The position numbers and the translations under genes are program-made. From Ramazzottius varieornatus (lineage: Eukaryota > Animalia > Tardigrada): a stretch of 64,000 nt of DNA. A model generated the notes under the pieces. The model saw only the letters and a list, made by a program, of their open reading frames with translations. It had not been told where the DNA came from and did not search any database. Location of the stretch: positions 806,001-870,000 of the forward strand of contig BDGG01000008.1 of the NCBI GenBank assembly GCA_001949185.1, written 5' to 3'. Within the stretch, counting starts at the first letter, position 1; each line of letters starts with the position of its first letter. This document shows, piece by piece, positions 12,601-25,843 of the stretch.

Positions 12601-13888
12601 TTGCACCTGGTCAATCGGATGCCTGCATCCAAACAGAAGAAAACGAGGTACCTTGCGACTCACCATAATCATAAAACATTCAAACGGAGGCTGTCAAAAT
12701 AGCAATAAGCGTTCTCGTGAACTTACATACGTTTCGTTACTGTTCGTATATCACGAGGTGCGCGTATGCAAGTGCGTGGAAAGTGAAGGTACCTGGTTTC
12801 CCGTTCCTGCAGACAAACCATACAGTGCAGATAATGCATTCCTTCCGGTGGCCACGTGGTCTTGTAACACTGGTCACTGGTAATCGATGTTACGTGACCA
12901 CCGGAAGGGGTGGATCCTCTGCACTGTATGATAACTGCACATTGCTTGGTATGCAGGTGTGCGAGGTTCATCCATATTTTTGTTTACTGACCGCTTGAAT
13001 GCTCGTAATTTCACGTCATTAACGTTATGGTTTGTCTTCGACAGGATTATCCCAGTCCGCTGGAAGGTCTCCGAGAACTCAACGCAGGCCAGCCGCGTTT
13101 CGTGATCTGTTTGGACTTCGCTATGCAAGTCGATCTTGACGTAGATAGCAGTAATTACGACTCGGACATTGACATGCGCTACGAGGACGGGGACAAGATC
13201 CTGTACAGCTCGGGCGGAAGTTTGAGCTCCGGGGACGGATCAACCCGGGCAACACCTGTGCTGGAAGATGACTCGCGGGAATTCAGCATGACAGCTGACA
13301 AGTGTAGGTCTTGACGAAGGACCCGCAACCCATTTCTCTCCATTCGGCCAACTAAGTTCATCCTACTTTCAGATACGCAAGGCGGGACCAGCCATCGAAC
13401 GAATGTCTACTACAACCGAACAATGTCCGGCTATTACTACCACGAATACAATCAGCACAACGGAGATTGTACTCAGAATAGCCGGAACGTGAGTGGGAAG
13501 CAGCGTGGAGGAGGCGGAGGTGTCCCTTATTACCCTACCGCGCCCAACGACACCTTACCTCGAACTTGCCGTAAGTAATTAGCTGTATTTTTGTGGGGCA
13601 TTTCTATAGATTATAAGTGGACATGATAGAAATGGCTAGCGTGTAACATCGTATGTCGTTCGTCAACCTGCATACAGGCGTCCATGTTTACACTGGGAAA
13701 GAGCCGGTATGCAGGTTCACGCACAGGCGAAGCATTTGACGTTTAGTAAATTTAGTTTGTCGGCCTTTCACAAACAACCGAAAACAGAATATTGATGTGT
13801 GTCTGCAGGTGCCGAAAAGGGATCAGCCGACTGGATCGATAACGGTTCACGTCGCGGTCGGCTCGTTAACGGGCGTTGGCGTAACTAA
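6680..13888 (+). CDS. Unknown protein with N-terminal membrane anchor and long low-complexity tail, multi-exon
   Basis: First exon MDSVG...AGAFILAGAVYYLSF; further GT-AG bounded exons near 8454, 11169, 11427, 11894, 12195, 13045, 13373 and 13809; exon chain not fully verified. Confidence 0.55.
7088..7169 (-). pseudogene. tRNA-like (A-box/B-box) relic or SINE head in an intron
   Basis: Minus strand: GAACGG...CTGTTC acceptor-like pairing, TGACCTAGAGG A-box-like, GGTTCGATTCC B-box, TTTT downstream; no proper anticodon arm. Confidence 0.4.
8937..9570 (-). CDS. Putative nested antisense gene (3' exons), unknown product
   Basis: ORFs 9259-9537 and 8937-9134 join in phase via intron 9262..9124 (GTGAGC...CAG); AATAAA on minus strand at 8765-8770. 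Confidence 0.45.
10896..11000. mobile_element. Intronic palindromic MITE-like element, copy 1
   Basis: CCCAAGTGGCGGAC...GTGCGCCACCT with outer arms AATGAAATGA/TCATTTCATT. Confidence 0.7.
11590..11701. mobile_element. Intronic palindromic element, copy 2
   Basis: AGATCGTTTTCTCAAGTGGCGCAC...GTGCGCCACTTTG. Confidence 0.75.
11705..11828. mobile_element. Intronic palindromic element, copy 3
   Basis: GGGCAAAC...GAGTGGCGCAC...ATGCGCCACTT...GTTTCGTTTACC. Confidence 0.75.
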
Positions 13889-15875
13889 CATTGAAAGGAC
13901 GTCATCGCTGTGGTGGGGACAGTGGGACGCCCACACATCTTCCTCTTTCTGAGAATCTGCTTGCCCCTTTTTCTTTCCGCTAACCGAACCGGGCGTTGGA
14001 CGACTACATTACAATGCCGTCCAACCAGGAATTTCTTTTGAAGCTTTCAATTTATAGTTGAATCAAGAAAGCGTTATGGGTAGCCGCTGTTGCGGATCAG
14101 TTTAGAAATGTGATGGCTTTTCAGGAAGTTTTGAGCTTTAAAACAGAACCTATTTTTTGCTTTAGCGTACTTTACACACATAGCAGGTTCATTCCGATTT
14201 TTAACTGCCTCCGTTAGCATACCTTCGAACCTTTTTTCAAGCGCACTGCATGCTCTTCTTCTGTCCTTACGACTTTTGGATGTGGTTTTTTCTGGGATCG
14301 CTGGTCGACAAAGTATACTCCATCCTGCAACTGATCATTCCTACGAAAGAAGAAGCTCAGGCATTTTCATAACAAGTGTTTAGCTTTTTCTATGGTTTAA
14401 TACACTAATCTGGCCGAGTTCTTTTTCTGGCTTTGTGTAATATTTATTTTTGACGCACCTGTTGATCCCGAATCTAGATTTTTAGTAGAAGTTGCTTCTG
14501 TCTATACCTCAGTGATACTGCCAGCATACATTGCTTGCTGCTCATCCACACATTTTCCATATCCTATCGTTCATAAATAAGTTATTTAATATCGAGCCAA
14601 CAAGGAAGTCGGGAATTTGGTTCAATTAATCAGTATTACAGATGAAGTTCGAGGTTAATAATGACCAAGGATCCGTATTGTTACGTAATTGGGGCACTCA
14701 ATGCACCTACTTCCGGCGGATATGCCAAACTGCCTGCAGTCTTGTCGCTAATCTAATCCTGGAAGTTTTTCCAGACGCTAACAAGCGCTGCCACCATATT
14801 GCGGAACTTGATGACTCACAGGAAGCGCGCGCTCATAGCTGACGGTATGGGGGAAGCTTGACGTTGGGAGAGGAGCTACAAAGAATCCCGACATGTGTGT
14901 ATTCTACACAGCTGTGATATCGATTACTCGTTTTTCACGGTCTGCAAGCGAGAAGGATGACGGCTGGATCACGCGATTCACGGGATAAGTCGAAACGATT
15001 TAGTCGGCGTACAGGCGAATCCTCTGGGTTGTCTTACAGTCGCCAGCGATCACAAATTATGTCAAGGGAAGAATGACGTCAAGGGACCTAAACTGGGATG
15101 GGCACTTGCGTCATCTGGGAAACAGCCGGTCCTGGCTTGGTTCGCGCGAGACATGATCTGCGCATTCCCTGTTCCGTGCGTATCATTGACTGTGCAACTT
15201 CGGGATCCCCGTCTAATCCTGGAAAAACTCTGTATATACACTTCAATAGATGGAACCACTGGAAGACTCAGACAGGGGAATAGAGCAATATTCTACACAA
15301 TGACGTACGCGTACTTGTCTGGAGCCTTGGTGAATGGTTTCATCTAGATCGTCACCTCAAGCCGAGCAAGTTCCCATTGTTATCGGCCCAGAGCGCGCCG
15401 CTTGGAAAAACATTAAGCGGATGGAATGAACTCCGGTTGGGCTTGACCGTCACCACCTGGGTTCGTGCCCCGCGCGGTATGATGTCTGCGGGGAACAAAC
15501 AAAGGCAACCTTGAACCGACAACCTGTCATTGTTCTATCGGTTATCGATATCGTCCGATACGAGTACTGTCTGGTTATCGGTAATTCTCCGTGCTTCTTA
15601 AAATAATTTTCGCAAACAAACTTTAGCGTCACTGAATCAAGGCTGAATTTAACGTAGAAACGGTTGCGTAAAGTCGGGGTCTTGTTGTTCGGACAATGAA
15701 ATCAGCTGGTCCCTGTGGACCAGTTACGTAAAGGGAACAGCGCGTTCAGGATTCTCTTCCCAGCTTAGCAACTTTCTGGTTCGACTTCGCTCCGAAATTC
15801 GGATTGCAGTTGCCCGATTTACACGCATTTCCTTGTTGAATGCACTGTAATAGATTGTTCCTGTAATATATTGCC

Positions 15876-16932
15876 ATGTGTAGTAATTTATGCCGGACTC
15901 CTGCGTACAAAAGACAGCGTACGGTTCTCGTTCTTTTCGATTTCGACCTGACGTTATGCGATGAGGACACCTACAGCGTGGTTATCCAGATGGCGCTGCT
16001 GGCAGGACTCACTCTTCCGCCTCATCTGCAAACGCCTCCCGAATACGAAGGTTGGCCTGAGTACATGCGGGGTATTCTTGAGTACTTCCACGTCAAGAAG
16101 ATTACCGCTGACATGATCAAAGAACGGTTACAAGAATGCCCGATGACCAAAGGCATGCAGGAACTTCTACGCTATCTTCACGACCATCAAGAACCGTCAA
16201 AATTTACCGCGGAAGAGGGCGATAAGAACGGTGTTGCGCCCGATACCAAGACAGTCTATGAAACTGTTATTTTATCGGATGCCAACAGTTGCTTCATCCA
16301 GTGGATTTTAGAGAAGCATAATCTTTCGCATGCTTTCGCTAAAGTCTTAACGAATCCATCGGAAGTTACAGCGGATGGGCGGATCAAGCTTGGAGAATTT
16401 CACGAGCAAACTGAATGTAACGGCTTTCTCCACAAACCCACACTTTTTCGAACGTTTTTGCATATCTTTCGGGTGTAGGGACAAATGGGAGCTGGGGAAA
16501 CATGACGCAGCAGATTGCAACGCTGTGTCGCGCACCCTTCCAGCCGTTAGAAATTGAAGCGTGCGCCACTAACGAGAGCGATCTTGTACGTTTTGTTTGC
16601 CAAACTCTCAAAAAGAATCTCTTGCAGGTAAAATCAGCCCGAAGAATATGTGCAAAGGGCGTGTCATGGAAGAATGGATAGCCCAGAAGGTGAAGAGAAC
16701 CGGGAGTGGGTACTCGGCAGTTTACTATGTGGGAGATTCCATGAATGACCTGTGTCCTGCAAAACGATTGGGTCCCACCGACATTTTCTTCGTACGTAGG
16801 GGATTCTCCTTGCACAAAAAGCTAGCTGCAAATGACGTTCTGTGCAAGGTAGAACTGTGGTCTGACGGTCGAGATATCCTGAAAACTTTGAAGGCTCTCC
16901 GGCATTTAAAAGGCGAGAATATTCAGCAGTAA
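15876..16932 (+). CDS. PHOSPHO2: HAD-family phosphatase, PHOSPHO1/PHOSPHO2-like, 2 exons
   Basis: FDFDLT (DxDxT), ILSDAN, NMCKG, YVGDSMNDLCP; intron 16417-16627. Confidence 0.85.
16487..16619. mobile_element. Intronic palindromic element, copy 4
   Basis: GTCGCGCAC...GTGCGCCACT...GATCTTG...TTTGTTTGCC in the PHOSPHO intron. Confidence 0.7.
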
Positions 16933-17131
16933 ATTTAACGCATAAAATAATATTCAATTTTGACTTTATTCTTTGTTGACTTTGGACTTGTACAGTAAAT
17001 TTCGCAGCTTGATATCGATGGTTTTTATTTGGTTCTGGTGATTTTTGTTGCTTACATACGTTGTGAATTTTACCATAAATTTCAGTTATTTCCGGGTTTG
17101 ATTTTTCAGCTGTTAAAGCAACAAGATTTAA

Positions 17132-19836
17132 TTATTTCTCTGTAACTCTTTCCATAAGTATGCTTTCCGTTTGATGCCCATTTTTTGGTTTTACAATGCG
17201 TAATAAAGCTTCAATTTCTGCTTTGTCCCTTATCGACTGGATCCGCGCTTTCTTCTGTGTTTCAGTCGCTGCTTTCCACTCCACCATGCAAAACCCGAAA
17301 ACCCCGGCGACACAACCAATAATGTTGATGAGGATCTGGTAGGGAAGGGTCAAGTAAGGAGTGTAGAAGAACGCCGCGCAGCATACCATACACTGAAAGA
17401 GAAAAGTTCCAGGACCGATTCTGTTCACTTAGTATCCACGAGAAAAACGAGAATTACGATACTTGAATGAACTGAAAATACGCAAAGGCGACGATAGCAT
17501 CTTTGAGAAACAGGGTTCCAAGAAGAGCGCAGAGCTGCAAGACAAACAATTAGGTTTTAACCACCAGGAAGTGCCGGAAAAGGGATAGCATACCTGGTTT
17601 ATCCAAGCTGCGTCTCCTGGTACAAATTAAAGATAATCGTACAGTGAAGCAATATTAGTGCATCGATAGAAAATATTTTGGCTCACCGAAACCGAGTAAA
17701 GCCGCGCAGAACATAGCGATGTACGGACTACAAAGGTAACGAATTTGCTATCACGTTGTATGCATGTGTTGATGGATAAGCGAAAGGTGTAAGGCTGGCG
17801 TCCAGTCTTACTTTGGCTTGATGAACGTCGGGTCGCTGGTCACCAAAAGCGGGGAGTTCGCCGGCAAGCTTACATACCTTTTTCAATAGAAAAACTGTAA
17901 AGCGTAGTTCAGGGTACAAAAATACGATCGAGCGAACTCGTGAGTACCGTACACCAAGTAATATGCCAGGAAGTGGGATAACATTCCCCCCAGAACCAAC
18001 GCCGGGTCGCGTCCATGCTTCTGCGCGCATTTACCAAGAGAAGCAAACAACATCCCTCCAGCAATCTGACCAACTCCGACAAAGACCCCGTTCAAACCCA
18101 CCAGTGCCTAACGGAGAAATCTGCATGCAGTCTGAACCACACGATTATTCCACACATTTTCTGCAATACTTCGCGCAGGTCTCCAAACGCTTCCGTGTAA
18201 CCTATCGAGGTCCCAAGGATGCTCACGTAGAAGCACAGATCAAGACCTACAAAAATTCCAGTACAAAAGCAGTTCGCTTTCTGATCAAATCAGGTCCCCA
18301 CTGCACCCTACCGCTGTAAATGCATACTGGGAGCAGCATAACCATGTTTCGTGTACAGGCCAGTTTGGCCATAGACCCTAGACGAATAAAAGAAATCTGT
18401 AAAAACTTTACGAAAAGTATATGGGTGCGGAAGGCTACGTGTTATCTCTTACCCAGAATCTCGAGTGGCCCCAGGTGCTTGAGGGGGCCGTCTGTCGGTG
18501 CTTCTAACGCGGAAGTCTTCGACATGGTTCGCTTGCGGTGGCCTTCCAGAAAACGCCGACTTCCGCTTGGAGTCCACGGATGGCGAAGAAAGCTGAGGAC
18601 GATCACACCAACTGCGGCCGATATAATCAAGACGACAAAAACCATGATGCGGGTGTTTGTGGGAATGGTGGTCAAGCCGCGTAACATGAAGAAGTAGAAT
18701 AAGTTTCCGAATACTAATCTGTAGCGAAGGGCAGATAGAGTCACTTGAAATGAGCTTGTTCAATGCCCTAAAAGATATTTGGTAACTCGCACTTACGAAG
18801 ACTGGAACAGGCACCAAAATATTCCTGTGTTCCTAAGAAGACGTGTCGAACAATTGGCAGCTGTAAGCCATTAGAACAAATCTTGCAAACTGGCGAACCT
18901 GCCAATGGTGGCATCCGTGGAGTTGGTTGAAAGTATCAGTCCGTAGACGGTCCATATCAATCCTTGTCCCAGGCCCTGAAAAGCCGCTCCAAGGAAGAGA
19001 GTGGGAACCAAGGGTCGCACAAAAGAGAGGACGTACAAAAGCAGGGAAACTAACAAAGCAAAATTAGGATGAAATGGGAGGACATGTATGCAGCACACGC
19101 GTAAACCCGATGCCAAACTGACGTACAAGCTCCTGTAACCTAGAAAAACAACAACACTTAAGAGCGTTTCCGATAACGAGAAGCGTTTCCAGTGATCCAG
19201 GAGGGGAAGTAAATTGAATATCGTACCATCGCAATTCTTGGTCCGAGAATGGCTGCCTGAAAACCAACAGCATATAGATGTTCAATAAAGAACAAAATAA
19301 ATGCAATTCGAACTAAGCAAAAGTGCACACTTACCACAGACGGTGCAAGCAGAAAGCTGACTGCAGTGCTGCCTAAGAACACAAAATGACCTTTTACGAC
19401 TGCTTGAGATGATAGGCATGATCAGAGCGACTTGTACCATACCGTAAACGGCACAGAGAACTGTGTAACCGATTGTGCTTGTTCCTTCGAAATATTCGTC
19501 CTGGTGAAGACATGGTAATGGCAAAGATCGGTCCAATACAGAAGCCAAGTTAGGAAGGTATACGTTTATCGAAGACAAGTCAGGTAAGTTACTGAATACT
19601 CACCTGGACGCTGTTCAGTATAACGGTCTGCAATAGAAAAGAAACCGCTCGTATGTTCCGCCAGATGTTGATAGTTGCAGCGACGGACGCACCTGAGACA
19701 TGGCGCAAGTGCTGTAGGAACCCATACTGAACATGAAGCCTACTCCTAATAGAAGAATGTTGGTTAGTTCTTTGCTGATCCATGGTTTCTTGTCATCCAG
19801 TTGTATCGCCATTTTTCCATCCTTAACACCGTCCAT
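17132..19836 (-). CDS. MFSD11: UNC93-like / MFSD11 MFS membrane protein, copy A, multi-exon
   Basis: NILLLGVGFMFSMGSYST, GYTVLCAVY, GQGLIWT, GLNGVFVGVGQIAGG, AAFFYTPYL. Confidence 0.8.
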
Positions 19837-20583
19837 TCTTGCTGCAGGCTCCAGCTGAGCTTCGGAGGGGTCAACGCTAAACTCCACAAAGTCCTTCAGA
19901 TTCCAAGTCTTCAATATATCCCTTAAAATTCAGGTAACCGTCCGATCAACTGGAACAAACTACAAGGAAGTAAGGCAGTCCAGAGACAAATAAATACTAG
20001 CCCGTCTTGTAACTCTTGTCGGAGGCGGTCAACAGCAGGGTTCTTCCATATATATGACGTTCACGCGACACCCATCGTTACAGGTTTTACGAGCTGATAC
20101 GATGTACTTGGGACCTAATGAATTTCGTAAGAAGTGGCAGCTTCGGTCTATGTCTGAACTTTCTTCCACCGGGACTCACGGATATCCCATCCGAGGAATC
20201 TAGCGCGACATCGTGGAGGAAGTCTTACTACTGTACTTTGCGCGATATTGCATCACCGCTCCAGTTTTTATCTTCAGGATGCAAGCCATGATTACCGCAA
20301 ACATTGAGCAAGGCCATGGGCAAAGGCAATTGATGGTAGCCACCTGTTGCTTGTCGATAAGAAACATACAGCTACTTCCCCCCGCCCTTCAACGTAGACC
20401 TGTTTGCTCCATGCCTCTAACTGTGAGGAAGAACTACGCAGTGAGAAGGGAGTTATCTGGAGAACAGCCCTATAAAAAGCCGGTAATGTCGGCCAGGGAG
20501 CTTAACTGCGCCTTCTGTAACGCGCGACAGTCATTGGTCATTTTGCTGAAATGCAGTTGTAGGTACATATGAATTCGGCGTTA

Positions 20584-23500
20584 TCACTTTTCTGTGATTT
20601 TTCCAGTTATTCGAGTTTGCGTCTGGTCATCATTTTGCTGTTTTACAATGCATAATAAAGCTTTGTTTTCTGTTTTGTTTCTGATGAGCTGGATTTGCGC
20701 TTTCTTTTGTGATTCAGACGCCGCCTTCCATTCGACCATGCAGAACCCGAAAACCCCGGCGATACAGCCAATAATGTTGATGAGGATCTGATAGGGAAGT
20801 GTCAAGTAGGGTGTGTAGAAGAACGCCGCGGAAGTCACGAGGCACTAAACGAAAAGCGAGTCTCAGGCATGCATGAACGTATGTAAACACGCTCGATCGT
20901 GAAGCAGTGAGCAGAACGAGAGCCAAACGACGATTCATACCTGGACGAAGGGGAAATATGCAACGGCGATAGAGTCTTTGAGGAAAAGGGTCCCAAGAAG
21001 GGCACATAGCTGAAAGCCATCCTTCAGTTTTGAAATTGTAAACTTCCGAAAATAGTAAGTGCGTGAGGACGTTTCACCTGGTTTATCCAAGCGGTATCTC
21101 CTGTTGGAGAAAAAACGGTTATACCGATGGCACATATTTCGGGTCTTACAGTATACTTGTTTTACCGAAAGCGAGTAATGCGGCGCACAGCATGGCGATA
21201 TACGGACTACAAAGAAGAGAGGTTTTCAAATATATCCCAGTAGTGGCTATAGTAGTACAACAATTAACACTTACAGCACGAAGGTTTTCATGTTCGCAAA
21301 ATACCACCCTTCTCTTTGTGAGTATAAGACTTTGGTTGGCTAAAGTGATGCAAAGGAGGCAGGGCCAGCCAATAGATAATTTAAGAAATTTAGAAATTTT
21401 GAAGATTGGCAGGCCGTGGAGTTCAACCTGGGGAAAGTAGTCCTTGCCATTTTGATTTTCTCTAAAGCATTCCGATGACAAGAAAATTTGTCCCAGGCTT
21501 GGTTTCGGTAAAGGGAATTGTCCTCACTGTTTCAGACTTTTTCAGAACGAGTGTTGCGTATGTGCCTCCAGTAAGAGGACGAAGACTGAAATACCACCGA
21601 AACCACCCGAAATTGTAAAACTTTTTGCTAGCGTTCTGCGTTTTCGCTGACCACTGGTCATTAATCTCAACTTAATGACAAGATCGAGTTGCAGGCAAAC
21701 AGAAAATCCCCAACCCGAAAGACCAAAAGCTAAAATCGGGAGGCGAGTGAAACTGACACATTGTACTCACAATGAGTACGGTCGTGCTACAAGTGTTAAG
21801 AACTATCAGCTGAGTGGGAGCGGATGTTAAGCCTTTTTTATCTTACTTGGGCTTGATGAATGTTGGGTCTTTCGTCACCATGAACGGCGCACTTGCCGGT
21901 ATGCTCAAGTACCTAACAAACACACCCATGCAAGATTTACTGGGGACAGTGCTCCGGGCTGAAGTCTCATCAAGTACTCGTACACTAAGTAATATGCAAG
22001 GAAGTGAGATAACATTCCCCCTAAGACCAATGCCGGGTCACGTTCATGCTTCTGCGCGCATTTGCCCAGCGAAGCAAACAGCATTCCTCCCACTAGCTGG
22101 CCCACCCCAACAAAAACTCCATTCAATCCCACGACGGCCTGTACAAATGAGAAATAAGTCCAGGTAAGGACGAGAACCCACAGCTAGTTACTTCGCGAAG
22201 GTCTCCAAATTCTTCCGTGTAGCCAATAAACGTTCCAAGAACGCCCATGAAGAAACACAGATCAAAACCTACCGAAAAAACAACAACATCGAACTTTCAT
22301 TATCAATTATTCTGTAGAGTTTTTCCTTTGGACGGGAAGGCGGTAGTTGTGTACATTACCGGCGTAGATGAACACAGGCAGCAGCATAAGCATGTTCGAC
22401 GAAGAAGCGAGTTTGGCCATGGATACTGCAAAAGGTCATTAAACTGATAGTGATGCTACGGGAAATATGCGAGCTTGCTGCATCTCACCCATAATTTCGT
22501 ATGGGACCTAGGTGTTTAAGAACGTTGTCTGTCGGTGTTTCTGACGCGGAAGTCTTCGACAGGGTTCACTTGCGGTGGCCTTCCAGAAAACGCCGACTTC
22601 CGCTTGGTGTCCACGGATGGCGAAGAAAGCTGAGGACGATCACACCAAGCGCAGCCGACAGGATCAAGATGGCGAAGATCATGATACGGGTGTTTGTGGG
22701 AATGGTGGTCAAGCCGCGTAACATGAAGAAATAGAATAAGTTCCCGAAGATCAATCTTTAGATAGAACGTGGAAATGGCATGATGTGGAACAGCGAAGGT
22801 CTGTCCTTACGAAGACTGAAATAGGCACCAAAATATGCCCATGTTCCTAGAAATAATAAGGTAGTACATCAGTCCGCGGCCGGGAACCCAGTCAAATAGC
22901 CAACCTTCCAATCGTCTCATGGGTGGAATTAGTAGAGAATATCGGTCCATAGACGGTCCATATCAGTCCCTGTCCGATGCCTTGAAAGGCTGCCCCCAGG
23001 AAAAGAGTGGCAACCATGGGCCTCACAAAAGACAGAACATACAGTAGCAGGGAAACTATAAGTAAAAAAATTCTCATGGAACGGGAAGATGTGCAGTGGC
23101 AAATGGGATGGGAAGCAGGAGTCACGTACAAGCTCCGGTAACCTAAAGCAGACACCCGCTGAGTAAGAACGGGAACACAAAGTATTTTCGGTACCACAAA
23201 GAAGGTAAGAGCAATCCATAAAACACAAACGAGCAGTATACCATTGCGATTTTTGGTCCGAGAAGCACGACCTGCACATTCGAAGACGTTTGGAGTTCCA
23301 TGAGAAGCTATAGAGTCTAGTTACCGACATACCAGAGATGGTGCAATCAAGAAGCTCACTGCGGTGCAACCTAAAACCAGACAACGACCTTTATGGATGC
23401 TTCAATATGGGAGAAGGACAGCTAAAGATGAATCCGACGATACTAGCCTGCCATAAACGGCACAGAGAACTGTATATCCGATTGTGCTTGTTCCTTCAAA

Positions 23501-23821
23501 GTATTCATCCTGTTGAAGACGGTTTTGTTTAATACTATGTAACCGCCGTAGAGTAGGGGCGGAACGGGCAAGCTTACCTGGACGCTGTTCCAAATCACAG
23601 TCTGAAAACGAAGAAAGCTTACTTTTGACAACCGGTGTGCGGACGTTCAACTTACAACTGCGTGCGAGCGAGCTTACCTGAGACATGGCGCAAGTGCTGT
23701 AGGAGCCCATGCTGAACATGAAGCCAATCCCGAGCAGAAGGATATTGGTTAGTTCTCTGCTAATCCAGGCTTTCTTTTCCTTCAGCTCAGCCGGCATTGT
23801 TATCTCCTTGTCACTGTTCAT
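20584..23821 (-). CDS. MFSD11: UNC93-like / MFSD11 MFS membrane protein, copy B (tandem paralog)
   Basis: Same motifs and exon order as copy A. Confidence 0.8.
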
Positions 23822-24405
23822 CTTCGCTGGCACGCCTCTCACAAGGCAACTCTCAGCTCCCGACAATTTCGCAGGAAATTATCCTTTTTCCGGTCTCTAA
23901 TACGGTTTCTTCGATAGTTATACTCCAAGAAACTAACAGGAAACCACAACCTTGCTTGTTGGAAATCATCGGAAAGGCAACTATGTATCCCTTTGGACCT
24001 TCACACGACACTTGCTTAATTGGCCCTCATCTTGGGTTTTACGAGCGGATAAGATGTACTCGGCTTGGTACCCTTTGAGTTTGTAAGAGATAAGAGATAC
24101 CCCAAGGTTCTGCCAAGAGTTTCAAGTGCAGGAAGTCTGGAACCCATTACTGCGTATTCGACAAGTCCGCGATGACGTCACGGAAGCAGTTCCAGATTTT
24201 TCGCATTACCGTTCTCAGTTTCATCTACAAAAACACACCTCAAGAAAAGATGTATACGATACACGAAAAAAAAGATGGATGAGACTAACCTGTCCGGAGG
24301 TTCCTGCTGGCTTTGTCTTTCAATACGCCGTAGCGTCGTATTCTGGGTTTTTCGCCGAGCTGACTCCCTGGGTATGTGGAGTAAATTGCGTTACGAAATG
24401 GGGAG

Positions 24406-25843
24406 TTATTTCATGGAAGTTTTTTTCTCGGCATTTTGTTCGTGTATCATCACCCAGATGTTGAAAGCCTCGCTGTGGATAAAATGACTGATCCTCATGG
24501 TAGCTAGCCTGAAAAGCTCGACTTCATTATGCCCTACATCCTTATAGAAAGCCGGCGGGGCCGGAAACGGCAACTGTTTGACCAAAAATCTAGCGCCCTC
24601 TATTACGCAAAGCTGGTCGTCTTCCCCATGGACCACCAAAACTGGACATCGTATCTTCTTAGCCAATGTGACATTGTCCAGCACATCGAACGGAAACGTC
24701 TCTCTCTGACCGAACGGCAGCTCACCCCGACACAGCAGCCGAATTCCCGAAGGGACGGACGCCATCATGATGAGGCCTTTACACGAGTACTTGGCGGCCA
24801 AGTGCGCAGCAGCCACGGAACCCAGGCTAGCACCGTAGAAGATGATGTCGTCTTGGTTGAACCCGTAGTAGAAACGAAGAGCCAAGTAGGCAGCTTCACA
24901 GTCGCTGTACAGATTCTTGATGCTGGCTTCCCCTTCGGAGAGTCCGTAGCCCGAATAGTCATAGGCAAATATGTGGCAGTACAGAATACGGGACATGAGC
25001 CGTAGATGTCGGATGATGGTGCCGATATCGTCGGCGTTGGAATGACTGAAGAGTATCACCGGAGCGGAGGACTGGGGCAATGGCACATACGTACAGGCGA
25101 TCCGCGTACCTTGCAGAAAATCACCCTTTTTGATTGGGAAGTTAAGTAAGGAAATTTGAACCAGATAGTCTCTTTAAGTGGCGCACACTTCGGCCCATAA
25201 CAATAAAGATGTGCGCCACTTGACTTAACGATTTGATTCAGCTCACTTGCCCTTGTCTTAGGGGACAACATGAACTTTGTTGACAAATTCAAATAAACTA
25301 TACACTTAACACTCATCAGCTACAAAATGGAAAACGTTAGGTACAAGTCTGTTGCGTACCTTTCGACGTGGAGACCCAGAAGACCCTGACATTAGAAGAG
25401 AGGTCGAGCGTACCGACTACTGTGCTGTCCCACGGGTTCCCCGCGTATTCTGGCGGTGTTAGTGGCCAATAGTTGGCTTTCTTTGGAGCGCTGAAGGCGA
25501 ACTTGTTGGCCAGACCTACGGTACTGCATGGTGGACAGCAAAGCACCCACACGGTATCCAGACAAATATCGCCATAGAGGTGACAGCGTTCGCGGTGCGT
25601 CAGTGGGACATCCTTCTCTGTCTGGAAGCGTTCCATCCATTTCCGCGATCTCCACGTTTCCTTGCGCATTTCCACAATAACCGGCTTAGTAGGCTTTTGT
25701 TTCGGAAGGCGTATAACGTAGACAAAACGGTTGGGATTTATCCCTTTGGGTAAGAGCGACCACGACGTCGACGCAGATACGGGAGATAGTAGTTCCGATT
25801 TGGGCGGACCGTCAGCTTTCTCGGAAGTCTTGAGCAAGTCCAT
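24406..25843 (-). CDS. ABHD17: ABHD17-like alpha/beta hydrolase (depalmitoylase family), 2 exons
   Basis: LCCPPC...ANKFAF cluster, ILFSHSNA, YDYSGYG, GASLGS, VHGEDD, GHNEVE; intron 25110-25359. Confidence 0.8.
25144..25252. mobile_element. Intronic palindromic element, copy 5
   Basis: TTAAGTGGCGCACA...TGTGCGCCACTTGA in the ABHD17 intron. Confidence 0.8.
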
